Part shown: in pieces, positions 17,974 to 26,770 of the stretch
Layout of the letters: the number at the start of each line of letters is the position of its first letter
Numbering within the stretch: the first letter of the stretch is position 1
Assembly: GCA_043767805.1 (NCBI GenBank)
Contig: JAYUGC010000014.1
Span: 21,050-85,049, forward strand
Source of the DNA: Pseudomonadota bacterium
GTDB lineage: Bacteria; Bdellovibrionota; FAC87; UBA2466
Length of the DNA: 64,000 nucleotides
Direction: 5' to 3'
Translations under genes and position numbers: made by a program
Notes under the pieces: generated by a model
Told to the model about the DNA's origin: nothing
What the model saw: the letters and a program-made list of their open reading frames with translations, nothing else
The model's database searches: none

Positions 17974-19197
17974 TCAGAAGAAGCAGTGGCCGAGGCCGCG
18001 GTAGGTGGGGGCGCGGCCCACGAGAGTCCCGTTTCTGAGGAGGAGATAGTCGGGGAAACGCTCTGCAATTTCCCCGGCTTTGGCGGGGCGGCAAAACACG
18101 GGATCGCCGAGCGCGAGGCCATCTGCCGCCGGGCCTCGCAGCGGTGTTTGCACTTCACCGAAGCCTTCGAGCGAAAGGGGGGCGAGCTCCCCGGGGAGAA
18201 AGACGGACGGCTGTTTCTCGGGGCCCAACGCGCCGCTCGCGATGAAGCCGCCGCTCTGACAGGTAACGACGCCAGGCTCGGGACGGCGAGCGACCGGGAG
18301 CGCGAAGGCAAAGGCCGGCGTGGAGGCATTGCCTTCGAAGTAGTCGAAGATTTGCGACTGTAAAATCCCGGAGCCCACGGTGACTTCCGTCAAAACGGTT
18401 TCTTCGAGCGCGCCTTGAAAGGAGCCGGAGCCTCCGCCGTTAAAAAAATCTAGAACGGTTCCGCGGCTTTTGAGAAACGTGGCGATTTCCGCCCGCCGCC
18501 TTCGAATGCCTCTCCGAGAAAGAACTTTCATCGCCCGGCGAGCGAGATTGGAGACGGCCGCGCCCGGAACCCTATCGGGCACGCCGGCGACCTGCGCTTC
18601 GTACGCCATCACGCCGGTCAAGCGCACGCGGTCGCTCGCCAGAATCCGGTCGTGCAGGCGCGTGAAGCCCGCGAGATCCCGCACGGGAGAACGTTGCACG
18701 CCGATATGAAGCGAGCCAAACGCACGGAACGAAACATCGGCTTCGATACAGACGTTCAGGCGAGCGCCTTTCGAAACGGCTTGCAGCACCGTCTCGATTC
18801 TCTCAACGTGCTCCACCGAGTCGATGACGAGGCTCACTTTTCGTCCGCGAAGAGAAAGACTGTGAAGGGCCTCGATATCGACCGCTTGGGCGGAAGGGTA
18901 AGCGACCATCAAATCGTCGAAGCCGAGATCTCCAAGGAACGCGGCTTCTCGGGCCGAGTAACACATCAGGCCCTGAAACGTGGGCGAGCCCGCGGCCAGA
19001 ATCACTCGCAAGAGATCCGGCACTCGCACGGATTTCGTGGCGAGCCGCACTTTCTTTCCGGCTTTCTGCGCCCAGTCCGCGAATCGTCGCGTATTGGCCT
19101 CGACCAGATCCAGGTCGACCACCATCGCGGGCAGTGGCTCGTCTTTAAGGAGGGCCTTCAGCCGACCGTAATCCCAGGCCTTGGGCTCATTCGCCAT
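17974..19197 (-). CDS. Fold-type III PLP enzyme, alanine-racemase-N-domain / D-serine-deaminase-like (DSD1 family)
   Basis: 407 aa. Alr N-terminal-like TIM-barrel pattern with conserved Lys (RLATKSVRVPDL). Resembles low-specificity D-threonine aldolase / D-Ser dehydratase-like proteins. Confidence 0.55.
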   Translation of the reverse strand: MANEPKAWDYGRLKALLKDEPLPAMVVDLDLVEANTRRFADWAQKAGKKVRLATKSVRVPDLLRVILAAGSPTFQGLMCYSAREAAFLGDLGFDDLMVAYPSAQAVDIEALHSLSLRGRKVSLVIDSVEHVERIETVLQAVSKGARLNVCIEADVSFRAFGSLHIGVQRSPVRDLAGFTRLHDRILASDRVRLTGVMAYEAQVAGVPDRVPGAAVSNLARRAMKVLSRRGIRRRRAEIATFLKSRGTVLDFFNGGGSGSFQGALEETVLTEVTVGSGILQSQIFDYFEGNASTPAFAFALPVARRPEPGVVTCQSGGFIASGALGPEKQPSVFLPGELAPLSLEGFGEVQTPLRGPAADGLALGDPVFCRPAKAGEIAERFPDYLLLRNGTLVGRAPTYRGLGHCFF

Positions 19198-20677
19198 GAT
19201 CGCTCCCGCATTTTTGCCCGTGAGAATCGAGCCGGAACGCTATCGGTAAGAGACTTAGGAAACGGCCCGGCCCTTCTTGAAAGAGGGCGAGGGTCAGCTC
19301 GCGAAAGAGCCGGTACTTTTCTCGCGTGTAAGGAAACCAATTCGCCTCGAACTTGCGATGGCTTTTGTCGAACAAAACGGATTTCTGATTGGTCATCTCT
19401 CGCAAGCCCGCCGCGCCTTTAGTGCGCCCGAAGCCGCTTGAGCCCACGCCGCCAAAGGGAAGGGCCGGATTGCCCTCGGTGAGCATGACGTTATTGACGG
19501 AGACGTTGCCCACTTTAAGGGCGGCGACCAGGCGATTCGCCCGCTTTGAATCTTTCGTCCAAACGCTCGCCGACAAGCCAAAGGGCGAGTCGTTCGCGAG
19601 GCCGACGACTTCCGCTTCTTTATCGAACGGGACGAGAGGCAGCACGGGACCGAACGTCTCCTGACGCAGCAGAGCACAGTCGTTCGGAACGTTTTCCAAA
19701 ATCAAAGGCGGGATCGCTTTCGAGACCCCATCCCAGCTTTCTCCGGTGAGAAGGCGCGCCCCGCGAGCCTTGGCCTCGTCGATGTGCTTTTTGACGGTGG
19801 CGACTTGAAAATCGGTCGTCATGCGGCCGAGATCCACCGCGGTATCGCGGCCCGGTTTTTGGACGAGCTTCGCCGCCCGAGTCAGCAGGCGCTTCTTGAA
19901 CTCCTCGAAGGCCGGGCGCTCCACGTACAGTCTCTCCACCGAAGTGCACGATTGACCGAGATTCGTGAGGCCTCCCCACAGGGCTCCCGCCGCGGCTCGA
20001 TCGAGATCCGCGTCGGCGAAAACGATCATGGCGTCTTTGCCTCCAAGCTCGAGGGTCACCGGAATCAAAAGAGGCGCGGCCTGGGCCAGCACCTTTTTAC
20101 CGGTGGCGACGCTGCCCGTAAAAACGATGCGTTCCGGCGCCGAGGCAATGAGGTGCGAGGCGGTCTGCCCGTCACCGTAGATAATCTGAATCCAGTTTGA
20201 GGCGATACCCGCTTGCACGAAGAGGCCTTCGAGAAGCCCTTCGAGCGGAGTCCATTCGGAGGGCTTGAAGACGACGCTATTGCCCGCGAGAAAAGCCGAC
20301 ATCATGGGTACGAGGCCCAGGTAGAAGGGATAGTTCCACGGAGAAATCACTAGGACGGTGCCGAGCGGATCGTAGCGAAGGCGCGAGCGCTTGCCGAAAA
20401 GCGCGATGGGAGTCCGGATCTTTTCCTCAGCGAGGATCTTCGGGCCTTCCCCTTCCAGAAAATGCAGATAGTCGAGTGTCGAGAAGATTTCCGAGACGAG
20501 AGCGTCGGTGCGCGGCTTTCCGGTGTCGTTTGAAATGCGCTCCACGATTTCATCGAGCCGGCCCAGAATGGCGCGCTTGAGATTGCCACAGCGTTGCGCT
20601 CGAGCCGCGAGCGTGAGGCCCGCAACTTCGGCTGCTGCACCCCGCGCGCGCTCTCGGATGTCTTGCGTGGGCGTCAT
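19187..20677 (-). CDS. Aldehyde dehydrogenase family protein
   Basis: ISPWNYPF, catalytic Glu box LELGGKD, catalytic Cys GQSCTSVERLYV. Confidence 0.85.
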   Translation of the reverse strand: MTPTQDIRERARGAAAEVAGLTLAARAQRCGNLKRAILGRLDEIVERISNDTGKPRTDALVSEIFSTLDYLHFLEGEGPKILAEEKIRTPIALFGKRSRLRYDPLGTVLVISPWNYPFYLGLVPMMSAFLAGNSVVFKPSEWTPLEGLLEGLFVQAGIASNWIQIIYGDGQTASHLIASAPERIVFTGSVATGKKVLAQAAPLLIPVTLELGGKDAMIVFADADLDRAAAGALWGGLTNLGQSCTSVERLYVERPAFEEFKKRLLTRAAKLVQKPGRDTAVDLGRMTTDFQVATVKKHIDEAKARGARLLTGESWDGVSKAIPPLILENVPNDCALLRQETFGPVLPLVPFDKEAEVVGLANDSPFGLSASVWTKDSKRANRLVAALKVGNVSVNNVMLTEGNPALPFGGVGSSGFGRTKGAAGLREMTNQKSVLFDKSHRKFEANWFPYTREKYRLFRELTLALFQEGPGRFLSLLPIAFRLDSHGQKCGSDHGE

Positions 20678-21051
20678 GGAGCGGTCTCCCGTTGAATGTG
20701 CGTGTCCCAGCCGAGGCGCTTGCGAATGGCTGGGTCAGAGTAATAAAGCGTGTAGAGAAACCCCTTCACACCCAGATCGAGCTGTCTGAGGAGCGAGCCC
20801 ACGGGATCGGGAAAGCGAGAGGCGTGGCCCGCGAGCCAAAAGAGCGCCGCGATGGCCCAACTGGGCAGCCAAGCAAAAAGCTCGGCGAGATCGACGAGCT
20901 TTTTGCGATCGCCCCCGGGTAAATAGGCGAGCATGCGATCGACTTCTCGAATGAGACCGCTTTGCGAGAAAGACGGAAGTCCTTCCGTTCCCGGCACGAG
21001 AAGATCGCCGGCTTTCTCCATTCCGCGTGTCGCTTTGGGAGTGAGGATCAT
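20674..21051 (-). CDS. Small hypothetical protein (putative accessory subunit of the GMC oxidoreductase)
   Basis: 125 aa from the internal ATG that overlaps the GMC stop as ATGA. The longer ORF upstream would overlap the GMC gene. Confidence 0.45.
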   Translation of the reverse strand: MILTPKATRGMEKAGDLLVPGTEGLPSFSQSGLIREVDRMLAYLPGGDRKKLVDLAELFAWLPSWAIAALFWLAGHASRFPDPVGSLLRQLDLGVKGFLYTLYYSDPAIRKRLGWDTHIQRETAP

Positions 21052-22430
21052 TTGATTACCTCCGCGGCGGCCCGAAGGGACAAAGCTAAAATGGTGAGGG
21101 ATGGGTTTAAGCCAGGGGCACTCGGAAAGACGGAGGAATCGGCGGAGTAGACGTGCTTTTCGCCGTGGAGTCTGAAGTCGGCGCCGACCACAGACGTTTT
21201 CGGATCTCTCCCCAGCGCGCATCCACCCATCAGATGAAGCCCGATGGTTACGCGGCCGGGGAGAATCTGCCGGGCGCCGGTCGACCGAAAAATGCGGGAG
21301 ATGGCGTTCATGCCGGCGGCTCGCCTGCGCAAATCTTCCGCGTTCCAGTTTTTATCGACGACCGTAGCGCCTCCCGGGCCAACTCGAATCTGACCGGCGT
21401 TCGTGTCTCGCACGGCCACTTCGATGCACGCGAAATGGCGAAGGCGAGTCATCATCGTCTGATGGGCTTTGCCAGCTTGGGGCAAGAGCATCGCGAGGCC
21501 CACGGGCGGCGCGAAAACATTTTCGAGTTTGAAGCCTTGGCGGCGAAACCCCGGGTCATCGGATTTCATCGTCTGAAAAGATCCCCGAAAGGCATCGACG
21601 GGCTCGTCGTAGAGCGCGAGCACCATCTCTTGCGGGTGGGTGTAGAAGCCCGTGCCGGTCGCGGGAAGTTTATCCGCGTACCCCGACTGCAAGAGCAACT
21701 TGCTATTGCCGATGGCGCCGCCCGCAAGAATGAGTCTCCGGCCCGAAAAGTGGGCGAGCGTCCCGTCTTTCAAGCGGACGTGCACTTCGGCGCCGTCGTC
21801 ATCGGAGCGCACGCCAAGCACTTCGGTTTCCGCGTAGAGCTCTAGTCCTGCTTCGAGCGCGTGCTTGAGCGTCGTGACGGGGGTGCTTTGCTTGCTGTCC
21901 AGCGGACAGCCTTGCAGGCACTCGATGCAATCGTTGCCTTCCTCGTTCTTACAATCCTTCTGAGCGCGGCGGAGGGCGGCCGCTTGATACCCGTTCCTGC
22001 GGAATCCCTCGTCGAAAATGCGCGCGTTCCGGTTTCGCTTTGAGCTTGGGATCGTTTGGAGCGAAAGCTGGGCTTCCGCTTTCTCGTACCAGGGGGCCAT
22101 TTCGCGCGGAGAAAAGAGAGAGGTGCCAGAAAGAGCTTCCCACTCATCCAAAGCGAGAGCATCGAAGCGATCGGCCAGCGCCTGGTTGACGATGGTGCCG
22201 CCGCCGACGGCTTTGGGCCGGAGGAGACCGAGGTCGGCCCGCCGGTTCAACTCGATTCCGCCCGCCCAATAGAGCTGGCTACTCGCGTCGATTTCCTCGC
22301 GGGGGTAGGTGGCCGCGGTGAAATGCTTGCCCGCTTCAAACAGCGCGCATTTGAGGCCCGCGCGACAAAGCTCTTGAGCAAAGGCGGAGCCCGAAACCCC
22401 GGACCCCACGATAAGGGCATCATAGCGCAC
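21048..22430 (-). CDS. GMC-family FAD-dependent oxidoreductase (choline/cholesterol-oxidase-like)
   Basis: N-terminal Rossmann YDALIVGSGVSGSAFAQELCRAGLKCALFEAG. About 460 aa. Typical GMC C-terminal domain. Confidence 0.8.
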   Translation of the reverse strand: MRYDALIVGSGVSGSAFAQELCRAGLKCALFEAGKHFTAATYPREEIDASSQLYWAGGIELNRRADLGLLRPKAVGGGTIVNQALADRFDALALDEWEALSGTSLFSPREMAPWYEKAEAQLSLQTIPSSKRNRNARIFDEGFRRNGYQAAALRRAQKDCKNEEGNDCIECLQGCPLDSKQSTPVTTLKHALEAGLELYAETEVLGVRSDDDGAEVHVRLKDGTLAHFSGRRLILAGGAIGNSKLLLQSGYADKLPATGTGFYTHPQEMVLALYDEPVDAFRGSFQTMKSDDPGFRRQGFKLENVFAPPVGLAMLLPQAGKAHQTMMTRLRHFACIEVAVRDTNAGQIRVGPGGATVVDKNWNAEDLRRRAAGMNAISRIFRSTGARQILPGRVTIGLHLMGGCALGRDPKTSVVGADFRLHGEKHVYSADSSVFPSAPGLNPSLTILALSLRAAAEVIK

Positions 22431-22448
22431 GCGCCTATTCTAACGCGC

Positions 22449-22663
22449 TAAAAGGTGTGTGGATACTTTTAGCTAGGCAATTGCCTTTTGGAAATCAAGA
22501 GCCAATAGGGCGCACGCGCCGTTATTTTGGCTAAAAGTATCCACACACCTTTTAGCCCCCCAAAAGGGCCCTGGATACTTTTAGCCAGCGCGGGCATGCC
22601 GCTTGCCCGTCTAAAAGTGTCCACACACTTTTTAGACGCTTAATGTGTCCAGACACCTTTTAG
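22449..22663. repeat. Five copies (both orientations) of a 24-26 bp dyad-symmetric motif CTAAAAGGTGTGTGGATACTTTTAGC in a 229-bp intergenic region
   Basis: Copies at 22449-22474 (+), 22530-22556 (inverted), 22561-22586 (+, degenerate), 22611-22635 (inverted) and 22645-22663 (inverted, partial). Also a GGCAATTGCC palindrome at 22477-22486. Confidence 0.8.
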
Positions 22664-23928
22664 AAGTCGGCGAGGGTGATGTTGGCGAGATTGATCTTGT
22701 TGGCGAAGACGGAATAGCAGAGGTAGGCCGCGAGGCACTTGCGGTTCTCGAGCCACGGCGGTTCGTACAGCGGATTTTTGATGAAGCCAGTCGCGAAGAA
22801 CGGCTCGAGCTGAACGATGTCGGCGAGAGTGAATCGCCCGGCGAAGAGATGCTCGGCGTAGTGAAACTTATTGGCTTGAATCGCCTTGCGCAAAAACGTG
22901 TGGGTGAAGATGAGGCCGCGCAGGTAGACGCAGTCCTTTGTAAACACCACGCCGCCCTTGGGATTGCCGCCGCGAAAAATGCGCGCGGCCGACTGGAAAC
23001 TTTCGGTATCTTCCTGTCCCGCCGCGAGAAAGTACTTAAACACTTCGATGAAGTCGGCGCCGTCCAAAGCCATCTGAATCCCGTGAATGCGCAAGGCAAT
23101 GCGCTCCAGACGGTTCAGGTCGATGGAAGAGGTGAAAAGCTCGGCGAAGGTGGCGATGCCTTCTTGAGTCGCCGTGGTGCGGGGCGATCCGAGCCCGAGA
23201 CTTGGCAAATTTTCCTGCGCCATCCCGTTCAAGGCGGTCAGCATGTGGACGTAGCCTTCATGATGGACGAGCTGGGGCAAATCATGCGCGGAAAAGCAGG
23301 TCGCGTCTCTAAGGCGCACCCGCTTCGGGCCCGCCGCGGCTTTGGAGGCGAGCTTCGGATCGACGATAATCTCGATCTTGTGATGCTTAAAGAAGGGAAC
23401 GAGCTCTTTTCTGAGAGTCTCCGCCGCTTGCTCCGCGGGGATGCAATATTCCCCGTCGTTTATCTTGTAGGCCGAGACAAAATCGCGCGTGCTCTCGATG
23501 AAGTAGTCGGCGGCTTGCAAGCTCGAGAGCTGATTGAGGCCGATGGCGTCGCTCGGTTTTCCGTAGAGCTCGATGGAGAGCTCGGTGAAAAGAGGCGTGC
23601 CCACGGCTCCGATGAGGCGCGCCGCCGTTACGTACGACTCGGCCGTCTGATAAATGTAGTTTCCGATGGGGTGGCGTTGATCCGCCTCCGCCATGATCGC
23701 TTTCAGCTCTTTGATGTTTTCCCGGTGATCGGGCGGGGTGTACTCCACCCGCGGAATCCTGGGCTTTCCGGCGCGCCAGGATTTCACGAAAGCGGTGCTG
23801 CGCTCCTCGTCCCACGAGAGCGTCGTCAGAATCTTGATGGGCTTTGCGGCCGCCACCAATTTGCGATCGAGCTCGGTGAAGCGGGCGAGTTGCTTGGCGG
23901 CTTTTTCTTTGGGAAGGGCGGAAGTCAC
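22660..23928 (-). CDS. DUF1704-domain protein (QEGLA-motif family, putative Tyr/Phe-carboxypeptidase-like)
   Basis: 422 aa. Contains TTATQEGIATFAE, matching the QEG[LI]A signature of TIGR02421/DUF1704. Confidence 0.6.
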   Translation of the reverse strand: MTSALPKEKAAKQLARFTELDRKLVAAAKPIKILTTLSWDEERSTAFVKSWRAGKPRIPRVEYTPPDHRENIKELKAIMAEADQRHPIGNYIYQTAESYVTAARLIGAVGTPLFTELSIELYGKPSDAIGLNQLSSLQAADYFIESTRDFVSAYKINDGEYCIPAEQAAETLRKELVPFFKHHKIEIIVDPKLASKAAAGPKRVRLRDATCFSAHDLPQLVHHEGYVHMLTALNGMAQENLPSLGLGSPRTTATQEGIATFAELFTSSIDLNRLERIALRIHGIQMALDGADFIEVFKYFLAAGQEDTESFQSAARIFRGGNPKGGVVFTKDCVYLRGLIFTHTFLRKAIQANKFHYAEHLFAGRFTLADIVQLEPFFATGFIKNPLYEPPWLENRKCLAAYLCYSVFANKINLANITLADF

Positions 23929-23977
23929 TGTCTGCTCATTTTACGGGGCGCCGCCCCGCTTGGGACGTCAATGCGCG

Positions 23978-24244
23978 TCAGAGAGGGGCGGCGTTCGGCG
24001 GAACGTCTCCGCTTCCCTCATCGCCTTCGTCAAAAACTTCGGGCGGAATGGTCTCCATGTCCTCTCCCACGTCGGACGGGTACGTGACGGACGGCGCGGC
24101 CTCGAGCGGCTGACCCCAAGCGGGGAAAATCACGTGGAGGAAAACGCCTCCAAAAATGAGAATCACCGCGATTAACACTCCGATGAGCGTGTTGCGCTGC
24201 TGCTTAGAAAGTTTGGAAGCCGGGGGCGATTTGCCGTCGATCAT
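23978..24244 (-). CDS. Small membrane protein with acidic/Pro-rich C-terminal tail (hypothetical)
   Basis: 88 aa from internal ATG (MIDGK...). One TM helix LIGVLIAVILIFGGVFLHVIF. The 5' two-thirds of the 343-aa track ORF is antisense to the hutG-like gene and rejected. Confidence 0.35.
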   Translation of the reverse strand: MIDGKSPPASKLSKQQRNTLIGVLIAVILIFGGVFLHVIFPAWGQPLEAAPSVTYPSDVGEDMETIPPEVFDEGDEGSGDVPPNAAPL

Positions 24245-24307
24245 GAAGGGGACAGCGTAGCCGAAGGGTCGGCGCTTGGAAAGTTCCCATCCCCGGGGGT
24301 AAACTCT

Positions 24308-25135
24308 TTGGCTGTGGCAACCAACGATCCCTTTTTCGTATCCCAGCCCGTCTCGGGCATTCCCATCCTGCTGAGCGTCCCTCATTGCGGGGTGGAGTTT
24401 CCCCCTGAAGTCGCGGCGAAGATTCGCCCGCGCTACGTGGAAAATCCCGAGGACACCGACTGGTTCGTGCACGACCTCTACAATTTCGCCACAGACATGG
24501 GAATTACCACGTTGCACGCCCGTTATAGCCGGTACGTGGTGGACCTGAACCGGGACCCGGAAGGGCAACCGCTCTATAAGGATGGTCGGCAAGAGACCGA
24601 GCTGATGCCCACCCGATCGTTCGCGGGCGAGCCGCTCTACGACGGCGCGGCACCGGACGCGGCCGAGCAGAAGCGGAGAGTCGCCGCTTACTATCGCCCC
24701 TACCATGACAAGCTCCGCGGGCTTCTCGCCGAGATGAAAAAGAAGTTCGGCGTGGTACTTTTGTACGACGCTCATTCCATCGTGCGTTTCGTGCCGACGA
24801 TCCGGCCGACTCCGTTTCCGGATCTCATTTTGGGAGATCAGAGGGGCCGCACCGCGGACGCCCGGATCATTCAGACGGCGGTGGATAGCCTTCAAGCGGG
24901 CGGCCGCTATGAGCTTTCTCACAACGATCCCTTTCAGGGTGGCTACATCACGCGCCACTACGGCCAGCCTTTCGCGGGCGTGCATGCGTTGCAGCTCGAG
25001 ATGTCTCAAGATGTTTACATGGAAGGCGGCAAGCTCGATACCAAGAAAGCGGAGCCGCTCCGCGCGGTGCTCAAGACGACGCTGGAGCGCCTCGCCGAAG
25101 GTATCCAGGGCTTTGGATCGAGGCGTGCGCGATGA
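24308..25135 (+). CDS. hutG: N-formylglutamate amidohydrolase family protein
   Basis: 275 aa. ILLSVPHCGVEFPPEV resembles the PHsG motif of the FGase family (PF05013). Confidence 0.65.
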   Translation: MAVATNDPFFVSQPVSGIPILLSVPHCGVEFPPEVAAKIRPRYVENPEDTDWFVHDLYNFATDMGITTLHARYSRYVVDLNRDPEGQPLYKDGRQETELMPTRSFAGEPLYDGAAPDAAEQKRRVAAYYRPYHDKLRGLLAEMKKKFGVVLLYDAHSIVRFVPTIRPTPFPDLILGDQRGRTADARIIQTAVDSLQAGGRYELSHNDPFQGGYITRHYGQPFAGVHALQLEMSQDVYMEGGKLDTKKAEPLRAVLKTTLERLAEGIQGFGSRRAR

Positions 25136-26493
25136 AGCGTTTTCATTTCGAGGCCCTTTGGCAGGAGACGGGGTGGCTCGAGAAGGCCGTCGTTTCCGTC
25201 GACGAGCGCGGCAAGATCGCGAAGGTAGAGAGCGGGACGCCCGAGGGAGCGGAGAGTATCGCGGGCTGGGCCTTGCCCGGAATTCCCAACGCGCACTCGC
25301 ACGCGTTTCAGTTTGCTCTCGCCGGCATGGCGGAGCACGTGCCGGAGGGCCGCAAGGACGATGATTTTTGGAGCTGGCGCCAGGTCATGTACGAGCTCGC
25401 GCTTTCCGTCGAGCCCGAGGGCGTGCAAGCCATTGCCGCTTATGCTTACAGTGAAATGGTGGCGCGGGGCTTTACCTCGGTGGCGGAATTTCACTATCTG
25501 CATCACCAGCCCGACGGACTTCCCTATGCGGATCCGACGGTGATGGCCGAAGCTCTGTGCCGGGCGGCCAATCAAGCGGGCATCAAGCTGACCCTCGTTC
25601 CCGTGCACTATCACTTCGGAGATTTTGGAAAACCGGCTTCGCCTCGTCAGCGCCGTTTTCTTTTTGAGAGTGCGGACGCTTATCTGAAGTTCGCCACCCT
25701 CTGCGCCGCGGTCGCGAAAAAGCACGGACAGACTAGCGGAGGCGGCGTTCATTCCTTGCGCGCGAGCTCGCCCGAGGAAACGAAAGCCATCTTCAAGGCG
25801 CTTCCCAAAGAGTGGCCCCGGCATTTGCATCTCGCCGAGCAAAAGAAGGAAGTCGACGCTTGCGTCGCCTCCCTCGGAAAGCGCCCCGTGACCTGGGCCT
25901 TGGAAAATTTGAGTCTCGACGAGCGTTTTCATCTCGTGCACGCGACTCACTCAGATGAGCGAGAGACGCGCGCGCTCGCGAAAAGCGGCGCGAACGTCGT
26001 GCTCTGCCCGACCACCGAGGGCAACCTCGGAGACGGCATTTTTCCGCTCGCGCTCTACCAACAGTGCGGAGGCCGCTTCTCCCTCGGCACGGACAGCCAC
26101 GTAGGCATCGACCCGTGGGAAGAGTTACGTCTGCTGGAGTACGGGCAGCGCTTGACACTGCAGAAGAGAAATCCGCTTTGCCGGCCCGGCGAATCAAGCG
26201 GGGAAGGGCTGCTTAAAGCAGTCGTCGCTTCGGGCGCGCGCGCGATGGGCCGCGCCGGCAAAAAAGGTTTTGTCGTTGGCGACGCTTTCGATGCAGTGGT
26301 GATCGACGCTTCCGATCCGCTCAATGCGGCGCTGAGACCTAAGTTTCGGATCGACACCCGCGTTTTCGCGGGTGGGTCGGGCCCGCTCCTAGGCACGTTA
26401 ATCGACGGTATATGGGTCGCTCGCGCCGGCCGCCATTTGCAGCGCGAAGCGCTCGCGACGGCGGCTCGTCTCGCGCTCGGCCACCGCCGCTAA
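25132..26493 (+). CDS. hutF: Formimidoylglutamate deiminase-like amidohydrolase
   Basis: 453 aa. Metal-binding HSH (PGIPNAHSHAFQ). Amidohydrolase-1 fold. ATGA overlap with the hutG-like gene. Confidence 0.65.
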   Translation: MKRFHFEALWQETGWLEKAVVSVDERGKIAKVESGTPEGAESIAGWALPGIPNAHSHAFQFALAGMAEHVPEGRKDDDFWSWRQVMYELALSVEPEGVQAIAAYAYSEMVARGFTSVAEFHYLHHQPDGLPYADPTVMAEALCRAANQAGIKLTLVPVHYHFGDFGKPASPRQRRFLFESADAYLKFATLCAAVAKKHGQTSGGGVHSLRASSPEETKAIFKALPKEWPRHLHLAEQKKEVDACVASLGKRPVTWALENLSLDERFHLVHATHSDERETRALAKSGANVVLCPTTEGNLGDGIFPLALYQQCGGRFSLGTDSHVGIDPWEELRLLEYGQRLTLQKRNPLCRPGESSGEGLLKAVVASGARAMGRAGKKGFVVGDAFDAVVIDASDPLNAALRPKFRIDTRVFAGGSGPLLGTLIDGIWVARAGRHLQREALATAARLALGHRR

Positions 26494-26770
26494 ATCAAAC
26501 CCCAACCAAGTTGAGCTCGCTTGCGCGGGCAATGCCGCGCCACGCCTTCCAGAAGAGCTTGTCATGTAGTTAACCTAACTTAAGTTATACGACCATTTGT
26601 ATTTCCCGACACCCGCGCCGAGTGTTCCAAACCACACAAAGGTACTCTCTTTAAAAAAACCCGAATTGACGATGCCAACTCGCGAGCCTACTTTTCTCCT
26701 CGTCACCCAGGGCTCGAGCGAATCTTGAGCGCTTAAATGACACGGAAACTTTTTTCCAAGGAGGCACTTC

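Noticed and set aside
17921-18094. 58-codon Pro/Arg-rich 5' extension of the ABC ATPase ORF
   Set aside because: Overlaps the upstream PLP-enzyme gene and is compositionally aberrant. The conserved N-terminus of ABC ATPases begins at MTAKILPF... (17920).
17941-19422. Plus-strand ORFs 17941-18363 and 18652-19422
   Set aside because: Antisense to the PLP-enzyme and ALDH genes, which are part of a tightly overlapping minus-strand operon.
22461-22474. TGGATAC-TTTT-AGC inside the repeat as a sigma-54 -24/-12 promoter
   Set aside because: GG to GC spacing is one nucleotide short of the TGGCAC-N5-TTGC consensus, and -12 is AGC rather than TGC. The conservation is better explained by the dyad motif itself.
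22449-22663. Possible CRISPR array (short repeats separated by short spacers)
   Set aside because: Repeats occur in both orientations with irregular spacing (27-54 bp). One copy is degenerate. No cas genes or leader. The motif also occurs singly at 216-239. It better fits an operator/REP-type element.
23978-25009. 343-aa minus-strand ORF
   Set aside because: Its N-terminal two-thirds is antisense to the well-supported hutG-like gene (24308-25135). Only the C-terminal 88-aa segment with a TM helix (23978-24244) was retained, at low confidence.
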